Positions 52,070 to 64,000 of a stretch of DNA of 64,000 nt are shown here, in pieces. Position 1 is the stretch's first letter. Each line of letters opens with the position of its first letter. Position numbers and translations under genes: made by a program. The stretch lies in contig OZ024760.1 of assembly GCA_964016885.1 (NCBI GenBank), forward strand, positions 4,774,001 through 4,838,000, in the 5' to 3' direction. Source of the DNA: Eledone cirrhosa. Its lineage: Eukaryota. The notes below the pieces were generated by a model, which saw only the letters and a program-made list of their open reading frames with translations, was not told the DNA's origin and ran no database searches.

Positions 52070-55000
52070 TCAACATCATCATCTACCACCACCACTGTCA
52101 CCACAGCAACAACAACACTACTACCTCCATCATCTCCACTACCACCATCAGCATCATCACGCAACAACCACACTACTGCCACAATCAACACTACCACATA
52201 AACAAAAGCCACACTAACTCCACCAGCACCACCAATATCACCACCATCACCAACAACAACACCGACATCAACACCGGCGCCAACAACACCAACATCAGCA
52301 CCACCACCACCACCACAAACATCACCACCACCACAACCACAAACAACACCACCACCACCACCACAAACATCACCACCACCATCACCACCACCACCACCAC
52401 AAACAACACTACCACCACCATCACCACCACCACCACCACAAACAACACCACCACCACCACCACAAACATCACCACCACCATCACCACCACCACCACCACA
52501 AACAACACCACCACCACAACCACAAACAACACCACCACCACCACCACAAACATCACCACCACCATCACCACCACCACCACCACAAACAACACCACCACCA
52601 CCACCACAAACATCACCACCACCATCACCACCACCACCACCACAAACAACACCACCACCACCACCACAAACATCACCACCACCACAACCACAAACAACAC
52701 CACCACCACCACCACAAACATCACCACCACCATCACCACCACCACCACCACAAACAACACCACCACCACCACCACAAACAACACCACCACCACCACCACA
52801 ACCACCACCATCACCACAAACATCAGTACCACCACCACCACCACCACCACCACAAACATCACCACCACCACCACCACAAACAACACCACCACCACCACAA
52901 ACAACACTACCACCACCACCACCACAACCACCACCATCACCACAAACATCACCACCACCACCACCATCACCACAAACATCAGCACCACCACCACCATCAC
53001 CACAAACATCAGCACCACCACCACCATCACCACAAACATCAGCACCACCACCACCACAAACATCAGCACCACCACCACCACCAACATCAGCACCACCACC
53101 ACCACCACCATCAGCACCACTACCAACAACAACAACAATATCAACATCAAGGGTTTTGGCATTGAGAAGTTATCAAAGGTAGTAGTTTATAGAATCAGTT
53201 ACACAATCCGAGTGTCTCACATACCCAGCCCAAACTACCGAGTTGTGTAACTGGATAGGACTAGGTGCTGGATAGTGTTACTGTTGTTAGTGGTGGTGTT
53301 GTTGTTGTTAGTGGTGGTGGTGTTGTTGGCAGTGGTGGTGGTGTTGTTGTTAGTGGTGGTGGTGGTGTTGTTGGCAGTGTTGTTGTTGTTGGCAGTGTTG
53401 TTGTTGTTGGCAGTGTTGTTGTTGTTAGTGGTGGTGTTGTTGTTGTTAGTGGTGGTGTTGTTGTTGTTGTTGTTAGTGGTGGTGGTGTTGTTGGCAGTGG
53501 TGGTGGTGTTGTTGGAAGTGGTGGTGGTGTTGTTGGCAGTGGTGTTGTTGTTGTTAGTGGTTGTGTTGTTGTTGTTAGTGGTTGTGTTGTTGTTGTTAGT
53601 GGTTGTGTTGTTGTTGTTAGTGGTGTTGTTGTTGTTAGTGGTTGTGTTGTTGTTGTTAGTGGTGTTGTTGTTGTTAGTGGTGTTGTTGTTGTTGTTGTTG
53701 TTAGTGGTGGTGGTGTTGTTGGCAGTGGTGGTGGTGTTGTTAGTGGTTGTGTTGTTGTTGTTAGTGGTTGTGTTGTTGTTGTTAGTGGTTGTGTTGTTGT
53801 TAGTGGTGTTGTTGTTGTTGTTGTTGTTAGTGGTGGTGGTGTTGTTGGCAGTGGTGGTGGTGTTGTTAGTGGTTGTGTTGTTGTTGTTAGTGGTGTTGTT
53901 GTTAGTGGTGGTGTTGTTGTTGGCAGTGGTGGTGGTGTTGTTTGCAGTGGTGGTGGTGTTGTTGGAAGTGGTGGTGGTGTTGTTGGCAGTGGTGTTGTTG
54001 TTGTTAGTGGTTGTGTTGTTGTTAGTGGTTGTGTTGTTGTTAGTGGTGTTGTTGTTAGTGGTGGTGTTGTTGTTAGTGGTGGTGGTGGTGTTGTTAGTGG
54101 TGGTGTTGTTGTTGTTAGTGGTGGTGTTGTTGGCAGTGTTGTTGTTGTTGGCAGTGTTGTTGTTAGTGGTGTTGTTGTTGTTGTTGTTAGTGGTGGTGTT
54201 GTTGGCAGTGTTGTTGTTGTTAGTGGTGGTGTTGTTGGCAGTGTTGTTGTTGGCAGTGGTGGTGTTGCTGGCAGTGTTGTTGTTGTTGGCAGTGGTGTTG
54301 TTAGTGGTGGTGTTGTTGTTAATGTTGTCGACAAGTGCTAGATATTGTTATTGTTGTTGTTGTTGTTGTTGTTGTTGTTATAGACAAGGTGCTGGATATT
54401 GGTGGTGTTGTTGCTGTGGACAAATGCTAGATATTGTGGTTGATGCTGGCGGTCGATAAAATCCTTACGGGGTCAATAAAATAAAGTACCAGTAATGCAC
54501 TGGGGTCAATTTAATTGACTTTCCCTCTCCCAAAAATTGTTGGCTTTGCGATATTTGTCGCCAACAGTGAGTAATAGTGGTAGTGATGATGATGATGGTG
54601 GGAGTATGATAGTGGTGATGATGATGATGATGTTGGGAGTATGATAGTGGTGGTGATGATGATGATGTTGGGAGTATGATAGTGGTGGTGGTGATGATGA
54701 TGTTGGGAGTATGATAGTGGTGGTGATGATGATGTTGGGAGTATGATAGTGGTGGTGGTGATGATGATGTTGGGAGTATGATAGTGGTGGTGATGATGAT
54801 GATGGGAGTGATGGGAGGATGATAGTGGTGGTGATGATGATGTTGGGAGTATGATAGTGGTGGTGGTGATGATGATGTTGGGAGTATGATAGTGGTGGTG
54901 ATGATGATGTTGGGAGTATGATAGTGGTGGTGATGATGATGTTGGGAGTATGATAGTGGTGGTGGTGATGATGATGTTGGGAGTATGATAGTGGTGGTGG

Positions 55001-55460
55001 TGATGATGATGTTGGGAGTATGATAGTGGTGGTGATGATGATGTTGGGAGTATGATAGTGGTGGTGGTGATGATGATGTTGGGAGTATGATAGTGGTGGT
55101 GATGATGATGATGGGAGTGATGGGAGGATGATAGTGGTGGTGATGATGATGATGTTGGGAGTATGATAGTGGTGATGATGATGATGATGATGTTGGGAGT
55201 ATGATAGTGGTGGTGGTGATGATGATGTTGGGAGTATGATAGTGGTGATGATGATGATGATGATGTTGGGAGTATGATAGTGGTGGTGATGATGATGATG
55301 TTGGGAGTATGATAGTGGTGATGATGATGATGATGATGATGTTGGGAGTATGATAGTGGTGGTGATGATGGGAGTGTTGGGAGTATGATAGTGGTGGTGA
55401 TGATGGGAGTGTTGGGAGTATGATAGTGGTGGTGATGATGATGGTGCTGGGAGGATGGTA
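52070..55460. repeat. CAC/AAC, GTT/GGT and gttgggagtatgatagtggtggtgatgatgat arrays
   Basis: Direct inspection. Confidence 0.92.
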
Positions 55461-55987
55461 GAATAGTAAGGTAGATCTACCCTAGAAATACCTTCTATCT
55501 AAAGTATGTGCTTGTGTGTATGCATGCATTTGTACACACACACACATATATTTATTAAAATAACATTAAAATTTAAGCAAAGAATCGCTGCTTTCACCCT
55601 TAACAAGATCTTCTGAAACTATGGTTTTATATATTTTATATATATATATTATCCTTATTGAGCCCTCTTCACATTTATTATCCCGCCGAGGTTGACTTTG
55701 CCTTTCATCCTTACAGGGTCGATAAAATAAAGTACCAGTAATGTACTGGGATAATTGCTGGCCTTGTGCCAAAAGTAGAAACAATTATTACTATATATAT
55801 AAATATATACAAAGAGAGAGATACATACATATATATATATATAACCAAAGATTAATATGGTTCATTGATTACTCAATGAATATAGTTTTACAATAGATTA
55901 AAAGCACTCTACAAAGAAGTTTTCTGGAGTTATTAATATTATTCAGAATATTAATAAATGAAGACATTCACATAATCAAAATATATG

Positions 55988-56049
55988 TTTTTTTATATAT
56001 ATTTCGAAGGTACTGTGCTGTTTTTTCAGTATGTCCTCATCAGATAAAA
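55988..56049 (-). ncRNA. Type I hammerhead ribozyme motif (left arm of 350-bp palindrome)
   Basis: Reverse complement reads TTTTAT-CTGATGA-GGACATACTG...CAGTACCTTC-GAAA-TATAT-ATA-AAAAAA. One helix I mismatch. Confidence 0.68.
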
Positions 56050-56160
56050 TACATGAATTGATGTATGACATACCTCAATGGTCTTGATGGTTCAATTGAC
56101 TGCCAAGACTGGAATTGAACCATCAAGACAGTTGAGGTATGTCATACATCAATTTATGTA

Positions 56161-56222
56161 TTTTATCTGACGAGGGCGTACTGAAAAAACAGCACAGTAC
56201 CTTCGAAATATATATAATAAAA
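56161..56222 (+). ncRNA. Type I hammerhead ribozyme motif (right arm of 350-bp palindrome)
   Basis: Helix I TTTTAT/ATAAAA; CTGACGA 56167-56173; helix II GGGCGTACTG/CAGTACCTTC; GAAA 56205-56208; palindromic ATATATAT helix III; ATA triplet 56214-56216. Confidence 0.78.
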
Positions 56223-58098
56223 CATATATTTTGATTATGTGAATGTCTTCATTTATTAATATTCTGAATAATATTAATAAATGAATATACACACATTGAC
56301 TGCAAAGTTTTGCATGCCTACGTATGTGTGTGTGTGTCTTATGTATGTGTGTGTGTCTTATGTTCATGTGTGTATACATAGATGAGTGAGTGTGTGTGTG
56401 TGTATGTGTTTCTGTGCATGCAACTGTACATGTACACACACATATATACTCACACATACAACAGACACACATGTATACACATCATATACACATAAAAAAC
56501 ACGTGTATATATACATATGCATATACACAACACACATGTATATATACATATGTACACATGCAATACTTTGCAGTAAATGGGTGCATACATGTGTGTCTAT
56601 GTATCTATCTGTATGTATGTGTGCATTTCTAAGTATGTATGTGCATTTGTAAGTGTGTATGTGTGCATTTGTTTATGCATATTTGTTGTGCATCTGTTCT
56701 TGAATTCTTCCTTCAAGGTAAACATCTAAAAGCTCATATAACATAACAACAACAGCAACAACATCTCTATTAGTATCACTAGTGGTACTATATTTACTAA
56801 TTTTTGTTCACAGTAAAGGCTTTATCTCACATAATATCGAATCTATGAGGTTTTGATGTCATTTATTTTGAGAACAATACCTTAACGTCAGTAGGAGCAG
56901 CCGGTTACAGCCGGTTTTAACAGAAAGAGGTGTGATAATTTTGGCCGGATACAGCTGGCTTAAATGCTAAAGGGTTAATGTGATGCAATCATAGTGGCTG
57001 TTTTGTATTTTTCAAGAATGTCTTGCTAATGTAGTTTCATATGGTTTATTAAAATGTTTATGGCATCTTTACTGCAGGTCAAATCCTTATAAAACTTTGT
57101 AATATTAAAGTAACAACTTCAATTTTTAATGTGATACCGTCATAGTGTTGTTTTGTACTTTTCAAGAATGTCTTGCTAATGTGGTTTGTTAATTCAAACG
57201 TTTTTAGTATCTTTACTAGTAGACGAGTCATTGTGAACATTTACTGCATGAAAGTCTTTAAGGATAACATCCAAGACTCCAAGACCCCTCTTTTGGCTTC
57301 AGAGACTGGTGGTGGGGTGGAAGTGCAACATTCATGACCCTTTTTTCACAGCTTCTGAGATTAAAGGTGGTGGAAAGACAACGATCATCACCCCTTTTTT
57401 CAGGGCCTCTGAAACTGAAGGGTGGAGTGGGTTGGAAGGGAAGACGTTATCTGCAGACTGGAGAGCTTGTCTAAATGTTTGCAGTAGTGTGAGTCCTACT
57501 AAAGTTTGTGCGGAGTACTCAACCACGTACATGCTACTTCAACTCTTTCATTACAGTATTTCTAATAAAAATGGTGGTGTTGGTGTTGGTAATAGTGGTG
57601 GTGATGATGGTGGTGTTGGTAATGGTGGTGGTGGTGATGATGGTGGTGTTGGTAATGGTGGTGGTAGTGATGGTGGTGTTGGTAATGGTGGTGGTGGTGT
57701 TGGTAATAGTGGTGGTGATGATGGTGGTGTTGGTGTTGGTAATGGTGGTGGTGGTGATGGTAGTGGTGGTGATGGTGGTGTTGGTAATGGTGTTGGTGGT
57801 GGTGATGATGGTGGTGTTGGTAATGGTGGTGGTGGTGATGGTAGTGGTGGTGGTGGTGGTGGTGGTGATGGTGGCTGTGTTATTAATGGCAGTTATGGCA
57901 ATGTTGTTGCTTTTGTTGGCAAGGACAGTGTTGTTGATGGTGATGGTAACAATGGTGGTAGTGGTAGTAGTGGTGGTGGTGGTAGTGAGAAACTGCTTCA
58001 ACTTTAAAAATTCATTGACCTTCTTGTAATACATACATATACAACCCTACTACTACTATTACTACTGGTAATTCATACATATACAATCCATATTGCTG

Positions 58099-58154
<56 letters not shown>

Positions 58155-59973
58155 GGTAATTCATACATATACAATCCATATTACTACAACTACTACTACT
58201 ACTACTACTATTGGTAATAGATACATATACAGCTCATGTTACTATCTCTTTACCTCACCCGCATTACAGTCCTACCACAGTAGCTACCCACATGACTGCA
58301 ACAATACAGCAGCTACACCTCACTAAATATTCTGGACCACATCCAAAGAAAGGTCATCAAACCTGCTGGTGAACCTACACTCAACTAAAACACATACCAC
58401 CACCACCACTATTGCACCACCATCTCCACCATCAGTACCTTCACCACTACCACACCACCATCTCTACACCACCACATAGAGAGAGAGTAGAAAACAAAAC
58501 AACTATACCCCCTCTACACATACACAAATAGATACACACATACATATAAACACAGTAAACTTAATCTGTCATCAAGTTTAACCCTTACGTTAACATATTT
58601 CTCGTGAAATACTTTGTAATTTAACCTGTTGACTGCTGCGTATATTTTACACAACTACAGTTGCTATGCTGGTTTTTTTCCCCCCAGTAAAATGAATGTT
58701 TTTTTTTTTTATACAAACATTTATTAACAACACATATCTGAATAATTGACAAACGTCACATCAATAAACTAGTAACCCCATCTAGCTTTGAAGTTATGAA
58801 CTGTTGGAAACGAGTTCATAAACTGTTGGAAAAGAGTTCAAACATGTTAGGACGAGTTATCTCGTTTACGGCACTGAAGAGGTTAATTAACCTTCTGGGC
58901 ACTGTAGGTACCTTATGTCGGTGATAGAGTAATCTCCCCTTAATACATAATGCAAGGGAAGCAATTCATAAAAACATTCAGCGTGCTAAAGGTTAATAAA
59001 GAATTTGGAAAGTATTTACTAAAATTCACCATTTTGTTAAGATGGTATTTGTAACATAGCAACATTTTTCTGATATAAAATTATGTTGGAAAGGGCTGAA
59101 ACACTTGCTTGAGGGGCTTTCTTCTCTGAAAAACATTCTGCTGCCCAGCTCTCCTGAGAGTTTCTTACTACTTGTGTTGGAAAGTTTTAATTTAAGCAGG
59201 AACCCTTTAACCCTTTTGCATTTACATTACTCCGAGCAAGATGGTTGGATAACATCCATGAGCTTGGCTGGTCATGCTTGGAGATCCAGTTGGATCAGTT
59301 GAAGACGGTTGCTTCTGACAGGACCTACTGGAATGAGTGTTTGAGGACTCTTGTCCCACGACCCTCCCTGGAATAAGTGGGCGAAGAAGAAGAAGAAGGA
59401 GGAAGGAACCCTTTAAAGCACCTTCATTCACAGAACTGTGAAGGATAGCAAGGGAGATATGGGTTACAGAGCCAGTCCAACACTACCTCTTCATTCATGT
59501 CCATTGTAAAAATCATCAGCTGAATGTCATCACAGTCTCTACAAACATAACTGTGAATGCGTTATCCCAGAGGATGGCAAGAGAAGATATGCTGAAAGAA
59601 CCAGTCTAACTCATGGGAACCATTCTTACAGGTTGCCGGCTGTATGTCAACCCAGTGTCCAGATCAAAGATATATAGTGAAGTCCAGCCAGCTATTGTCC
59701 ATTGTCTCCCAGTCATTTCTAATTGTGTCCTACACAGAACAGTTGGCACCCATTGTCTTAACTCTTTTGAATTGGTCTTTGTTATAGAGTGGTGTTGGTG
59801 GGGGTCTTGCTGGTATTAGTGGTGGGGATCTTGCTGGTGTTAGTGGTGGTGGTGTTGGTGGAGTTGGTGGAGGTCTTGATAGTCATGGTAGCTGTAGTAG
59901 TCATAGTGGTTGCAGTGGTGGTGGTAGTAGTAGCAGTAATTGTTATTATAATGGTTGTAGTAGTAGTAGTGTG

Positions 59974-60243
59974 GAGGCACGTGGCCTAGTGGTAAGAGTA
60001 TTGGACTTACGATCATAACGTCACAGGTTCGATTCCTGGGTTGCCTATTGTGTTCTTGAGCAAAACACTTCATTTCACATTGCTCCAGTATACTCAGCTG
60101 AAAATGAGTACCAGCAATAGCTGAGGGTTTAACCCTGCGATGGACTGGCGTCCTGTCCAGGGGGGAGTCTTGTGCTCTCAGTCGCTTCACGCCATGAAAC
60201 CGGGATAAGCACCGGCCAAATGAGCCTTCTGGCTTAAGACTTA
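59974..60243 (+). mobile_element. Full-length tRNA-derived SINE inserted in a (GTA)n repeat
   Basis: A box TGGCCTAGTGG, B box GGTTCGATTCC, central TTGAGCAAAACACTT and ccctgcgatggactggcgtcctgtccagg domain. Confidence 0.85.
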
Positions 60244-60765
60244 GTAGTAATAGTAGTAGTGGCAGCAGCAACAGTAGTAGCAGTAGTAGTGGCAACAGCA
60301 GTAGTAACAGCAGCAGTAGTAGTAGTAGTAGTAGTAATAGTTGTCATTATAATGGTGGCAGTGGTGGTAGTGGTGTTAGTAGTAGCCATAATGGTTGCAG
60401 TGGTGGTGGTGGTGGTAGTAGTAGTAGTTGTAGTTGTAGTAGTTGAGGTTGTTATATAGGGTGACTGTTTGTGGTAGTGGTAGTAGTAGCAGTAGTAGTT
60501 GTTTTTGCAAAAAGTTGGTGACTGTGGGGGTGGTCAGGGGGTGGGTGTCTAGTGATTGGGTGGTGGTGGTGATAGTTGTCATTGTGGGCCTGGTTGGGGG
60601 GGAGGTGAGGGGGAGAGAGAGGAAGTGAAGATAGATTTTTTTTTTTTGGCTAAGTTGTGAAGAGCACTATTTCCTGTGAGTAGTAAATAAAAATTGGTGC
60701 CACCACTTACCAAAAACAGTGATACATGATAGTCTTTTTCAATACTACTGACTATTGCACTCACA

Positions 60766-60836
<71 letters not shown>

Positions 60837-61861
60837 CCTACACACACATACACATATATATATACACATATATACATATATATACACATATATACATACA
60901 CACATATAAAAATATATATACACACACATATATATATATATATATATACACAATATATATACACACACATATGTATATATATATATATATACAATATATG
61001 TATATATATACACACACACACACATACACATACACACACATAGAAATATACATGCACACACATGCTATTTATTTATTTATATATACACACGCAAGCTGTA
61101 CACAAACAGACCTACTTCTCAGTTATACTGCCATCACCAGGCTGGTTACATAACAAAATGATGTCGACACAAGGTGGTGCTCCAGTCTGGACTTAGCTGT
61201 GATGCCTAAAACAAACTACAGAATGTCTTTTAATATTGTTTCTACTATTGGCACAAGGCCAGCAAATATCTCAGTGCATTACTGGTACTTTATTTTATCG
61301 ACCCCCCCCCCCCCCCCCCTTAAGGATGAAAGGCAAAGTTAACCTCGGCGGATTTGAACTCAGAATGGCAAGGGCAGTAACTCTATGCGTCAAAGCATGG
61401 CGCCCGACCTTCTACTGATACTGCCAATTCACCACCCTTTTATGTCTTTTAATATTACCATCATGTTGGTTCTACACACACACGCATGCAAGCATTATCT
61501 TTTTATTATTACTATATCGCAATTGCACAAACATATACCATGTACATAGAATTCACAAACACATAATACATATGTATATGTATATATATATCATTTCCGT
61601 TAAGTGTCAATTCTTCCACGCTTGCATGGGTTAGACGGTATGTCCATGCTAGGACGCAAGTCTGGCCAGGGTTGGCCATGTGTCACACCTTGCTTCAGCG
61701 AGGACTGTAAATTTGGCCGGGTATTTTACAGCTGGATGCCCTTCCTAACACCAAGCACGTTCACAGTGTGGAACTGGATGGCTTCGTTATGAGGAGGGAC
61801 AGTCCTGATGGTTGTGCTGAACCTGTCTCACAACGGAACCATATTTTCCGAGCCCAACCCA

Positions 61862-61932
<71 letters not shown>

Positions 61933-61935
<3 letters not shown>

Positions 61936-62150
61936 TCCGTTCGCTTTTTACTCGAACTTGAAGTACGCGAATTCGCTTTAACGCCTCTTGAAAAATTATT
62001 ATTAAATATTCACTTTGCGCGAATAACATGCTATAACACGTGTGGTTTTTAATTTTTTTTTATTTATGGGAATATTAGACTTGAATTACATGAATTTGCT
62101 TTACACGCCGTGTTCACGAACCCATCTTTCTTTAAAAAGTGAACAGACTG
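61933..62150. mobile_element. pogo/Tigger-like MITE
   Basis: TA|CAGTCCGTTCGCTTTT...AAAAGTGAACAGACTG inverted termini. Confidence 0.7.
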
Positions 62151-62907
62151 TGTATGTGTATATATATATATCATCACCATCATCATCATCATCACCACCA
62201 CCATCATCATCATCATTTTAACGTCTATCTTCCACACTAAGATATATATGTAGGTTCCTGAGTTGTATCAGGGAATGGGGATAACCACAGCCGAAAAAGG
62301 TACTCAATACTTTGGTAGAGTATAGGCATCTTTATTATATATAGATATGACTTTTACGAATGAAACAGTTTTAGTCTTGGAGAAGTCATTTCTGTGTATA
62401 TAAACATGCATATATATTCAAACACACGTTGTTAATCATGCATACGAGGACACATACACACACACACACACACACACTTTAATATATTTATACAAACATA
62501 CACATATGTCTGTATAATGCAGGAAGCCTGTACATAGTCACTCGACCTGCAAGAAATAGCAGCCAAATCACACCCTACTATCTGTTATCTTATAGGAAGA
62601 ACATATTAGCAGTGTACTCACTGAATCACAAAATGATGGGGTGGTCGTGGCTGGAATGCTTCTAATCATAGGACATACTGGTGGAAGGGGTCTGACTCGG
62701 GGTTAAACAATAACAACATGCATATACAAATTCACACATACACACACATTTAATGTCCATTTAAAATTATTATGAGGATATGTGTGTGTAAACATATAAA
62801 TGTATATATGTATACACACACACATGTACAGATATGCACACATGCACACACATGCACACAAGCATACATGCATGTACACACACACACGAATATTCCCAAT
62901 GCATTTA

Positions 62908-64000
62908 GCAGCAACAAAAACAACAACTACAACCCCGAAAACAACAACCACACCACAATAACATCAACAACAACAATATCAACAACAACAGCACTAACAA
63001 CCACCAAAACAACTACTGCCCCAACAACAACAACTAGTGCCACAACAACAACTGCCACAACAACAACACTGCAAAAACAACTAAGCAGCAACAACCACCA
63101 AAACAACAACTACTGCCCCAACAACAACTACTGCCACAACAACAACAAATACTGCAAAAACAACTAAGCAGCAACAACCACCAAAACAACTACCATGAAA
63201 GCAACTAGAACAACAACTAGTGCCACAACAACAACAAACACTGCAAAAACAACTAAGCAGCAACAACCACCAAAACAACAACAACACTAACAACCACCAA
63301 AACAACTACCATGAAAGCAACTAGAACAACAACTAGTGCCACAACAACAACAAACACTGCAAAAACAACTAAGCAGCAACAACCACCAAAACAACAACAA
63401 CTACTGCCCCAACAACAACAACAAATACTGCAAAAACAACTAAGCAGCAACAACCACCAAAACAACTACCATGAAAGCAACTAGAACAACAACTAGTGCC
63501 ACAACAACAACAAACACTGCAAAAACAACTAAGCAGCAACAACCACCAAAACAACAACAACAACAACACTAACAACCACCAAAACAACTACCATGAAAGC
63601 AACTAGAACAACAACTAGTGCCACAACAACAACAAACACTGCAAAAACAACTAAGCAGCAACAACCACCAAAACAACAACAACTACTGCCCCAACAACAA
63701 CAACAAATACTGCAAAAACAACTAAGCAGCAACAACCACCAAAACAACTACCATGAAAGCAACTAGAACAACAACTAGTGCCACAACAACAACAAACACT
63801 GCAAAAACAACTAAGCAGCAACAACCACCAAAACAACAACAACTACTGCCCCAACAACAACTACTGCCACAACAACAACAAATACTGCAAAAACAACTAA
63901 GCAGCAACAACCACCAAAACAACTACCATGAAAGCAACTAGAACAACAACTAGTGCCACAACAACAACAAACACTGCAAAAACAACTAAGCAGCAACAAC
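62908..64000. repeat. CAA-rich higher-order minisatellite running off the window
   Basis: Repeated ctgcaaaaacaactaagcagcaacaaccaccaaaacaac modules. Confidence 0.92.

Noticed and set aside
53261-54459. 350-390 aa mucin-like or Val/Leu-rich ORFs
   Set aside because: GTT/GGT simple repeats are open in several frames on both strands, with no splice or domain support. The same applies to ORFs at 20-24 kb, 29-30 kb, 36 kb, 48 kb, 52 kb, 57.5 kb and 63 kb.

Overview
Eukaryotic, AT-rich, repeat-saturated DNA. The SINE/LINE repertoire and (TA)n/(CAT)n/(GATA)n density point to a coleoid cephalopod such as octopus (inference). The first 19 kb holds 11 internal + strand coding exons of WASHC2/FAM21 (WASH complex subunit 2). 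They splice in consistent phase and encode the conserved DPYIHRPLPFLIG and ELAARLG motifs plus acidic LF[DE] repeats. No further WASHC2 exon was found in the remaining 45 kb. The rest is transposon debris and tandem repeats: RTE, CR1, Tx1/L1 and CRE-like LINE fragments, several tRNA-derived SINEs, piggyBac- and Tc1/pogo-type MITEs, and mini/microsatellites. Most long ORFs in the track are low-complexity artefacts. The main hidden signal is a set of type I hammerhead ribozyme motifs from several unrelated sequence families. They sit in (TA)n microsatellites, often as head-to-head pairs inside 100-350 bp palindromes, and several are followed by AATAAA, which fits Penelope-like pseudo-LTR remnants. 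One apparently intact hammerhead lies in sense orientation inside a WASHC2 intron. Two Tx1-like LINE copies appear to target (TCTA)n repeats. All folds were paired by eye and repeat boundaries are approximate.
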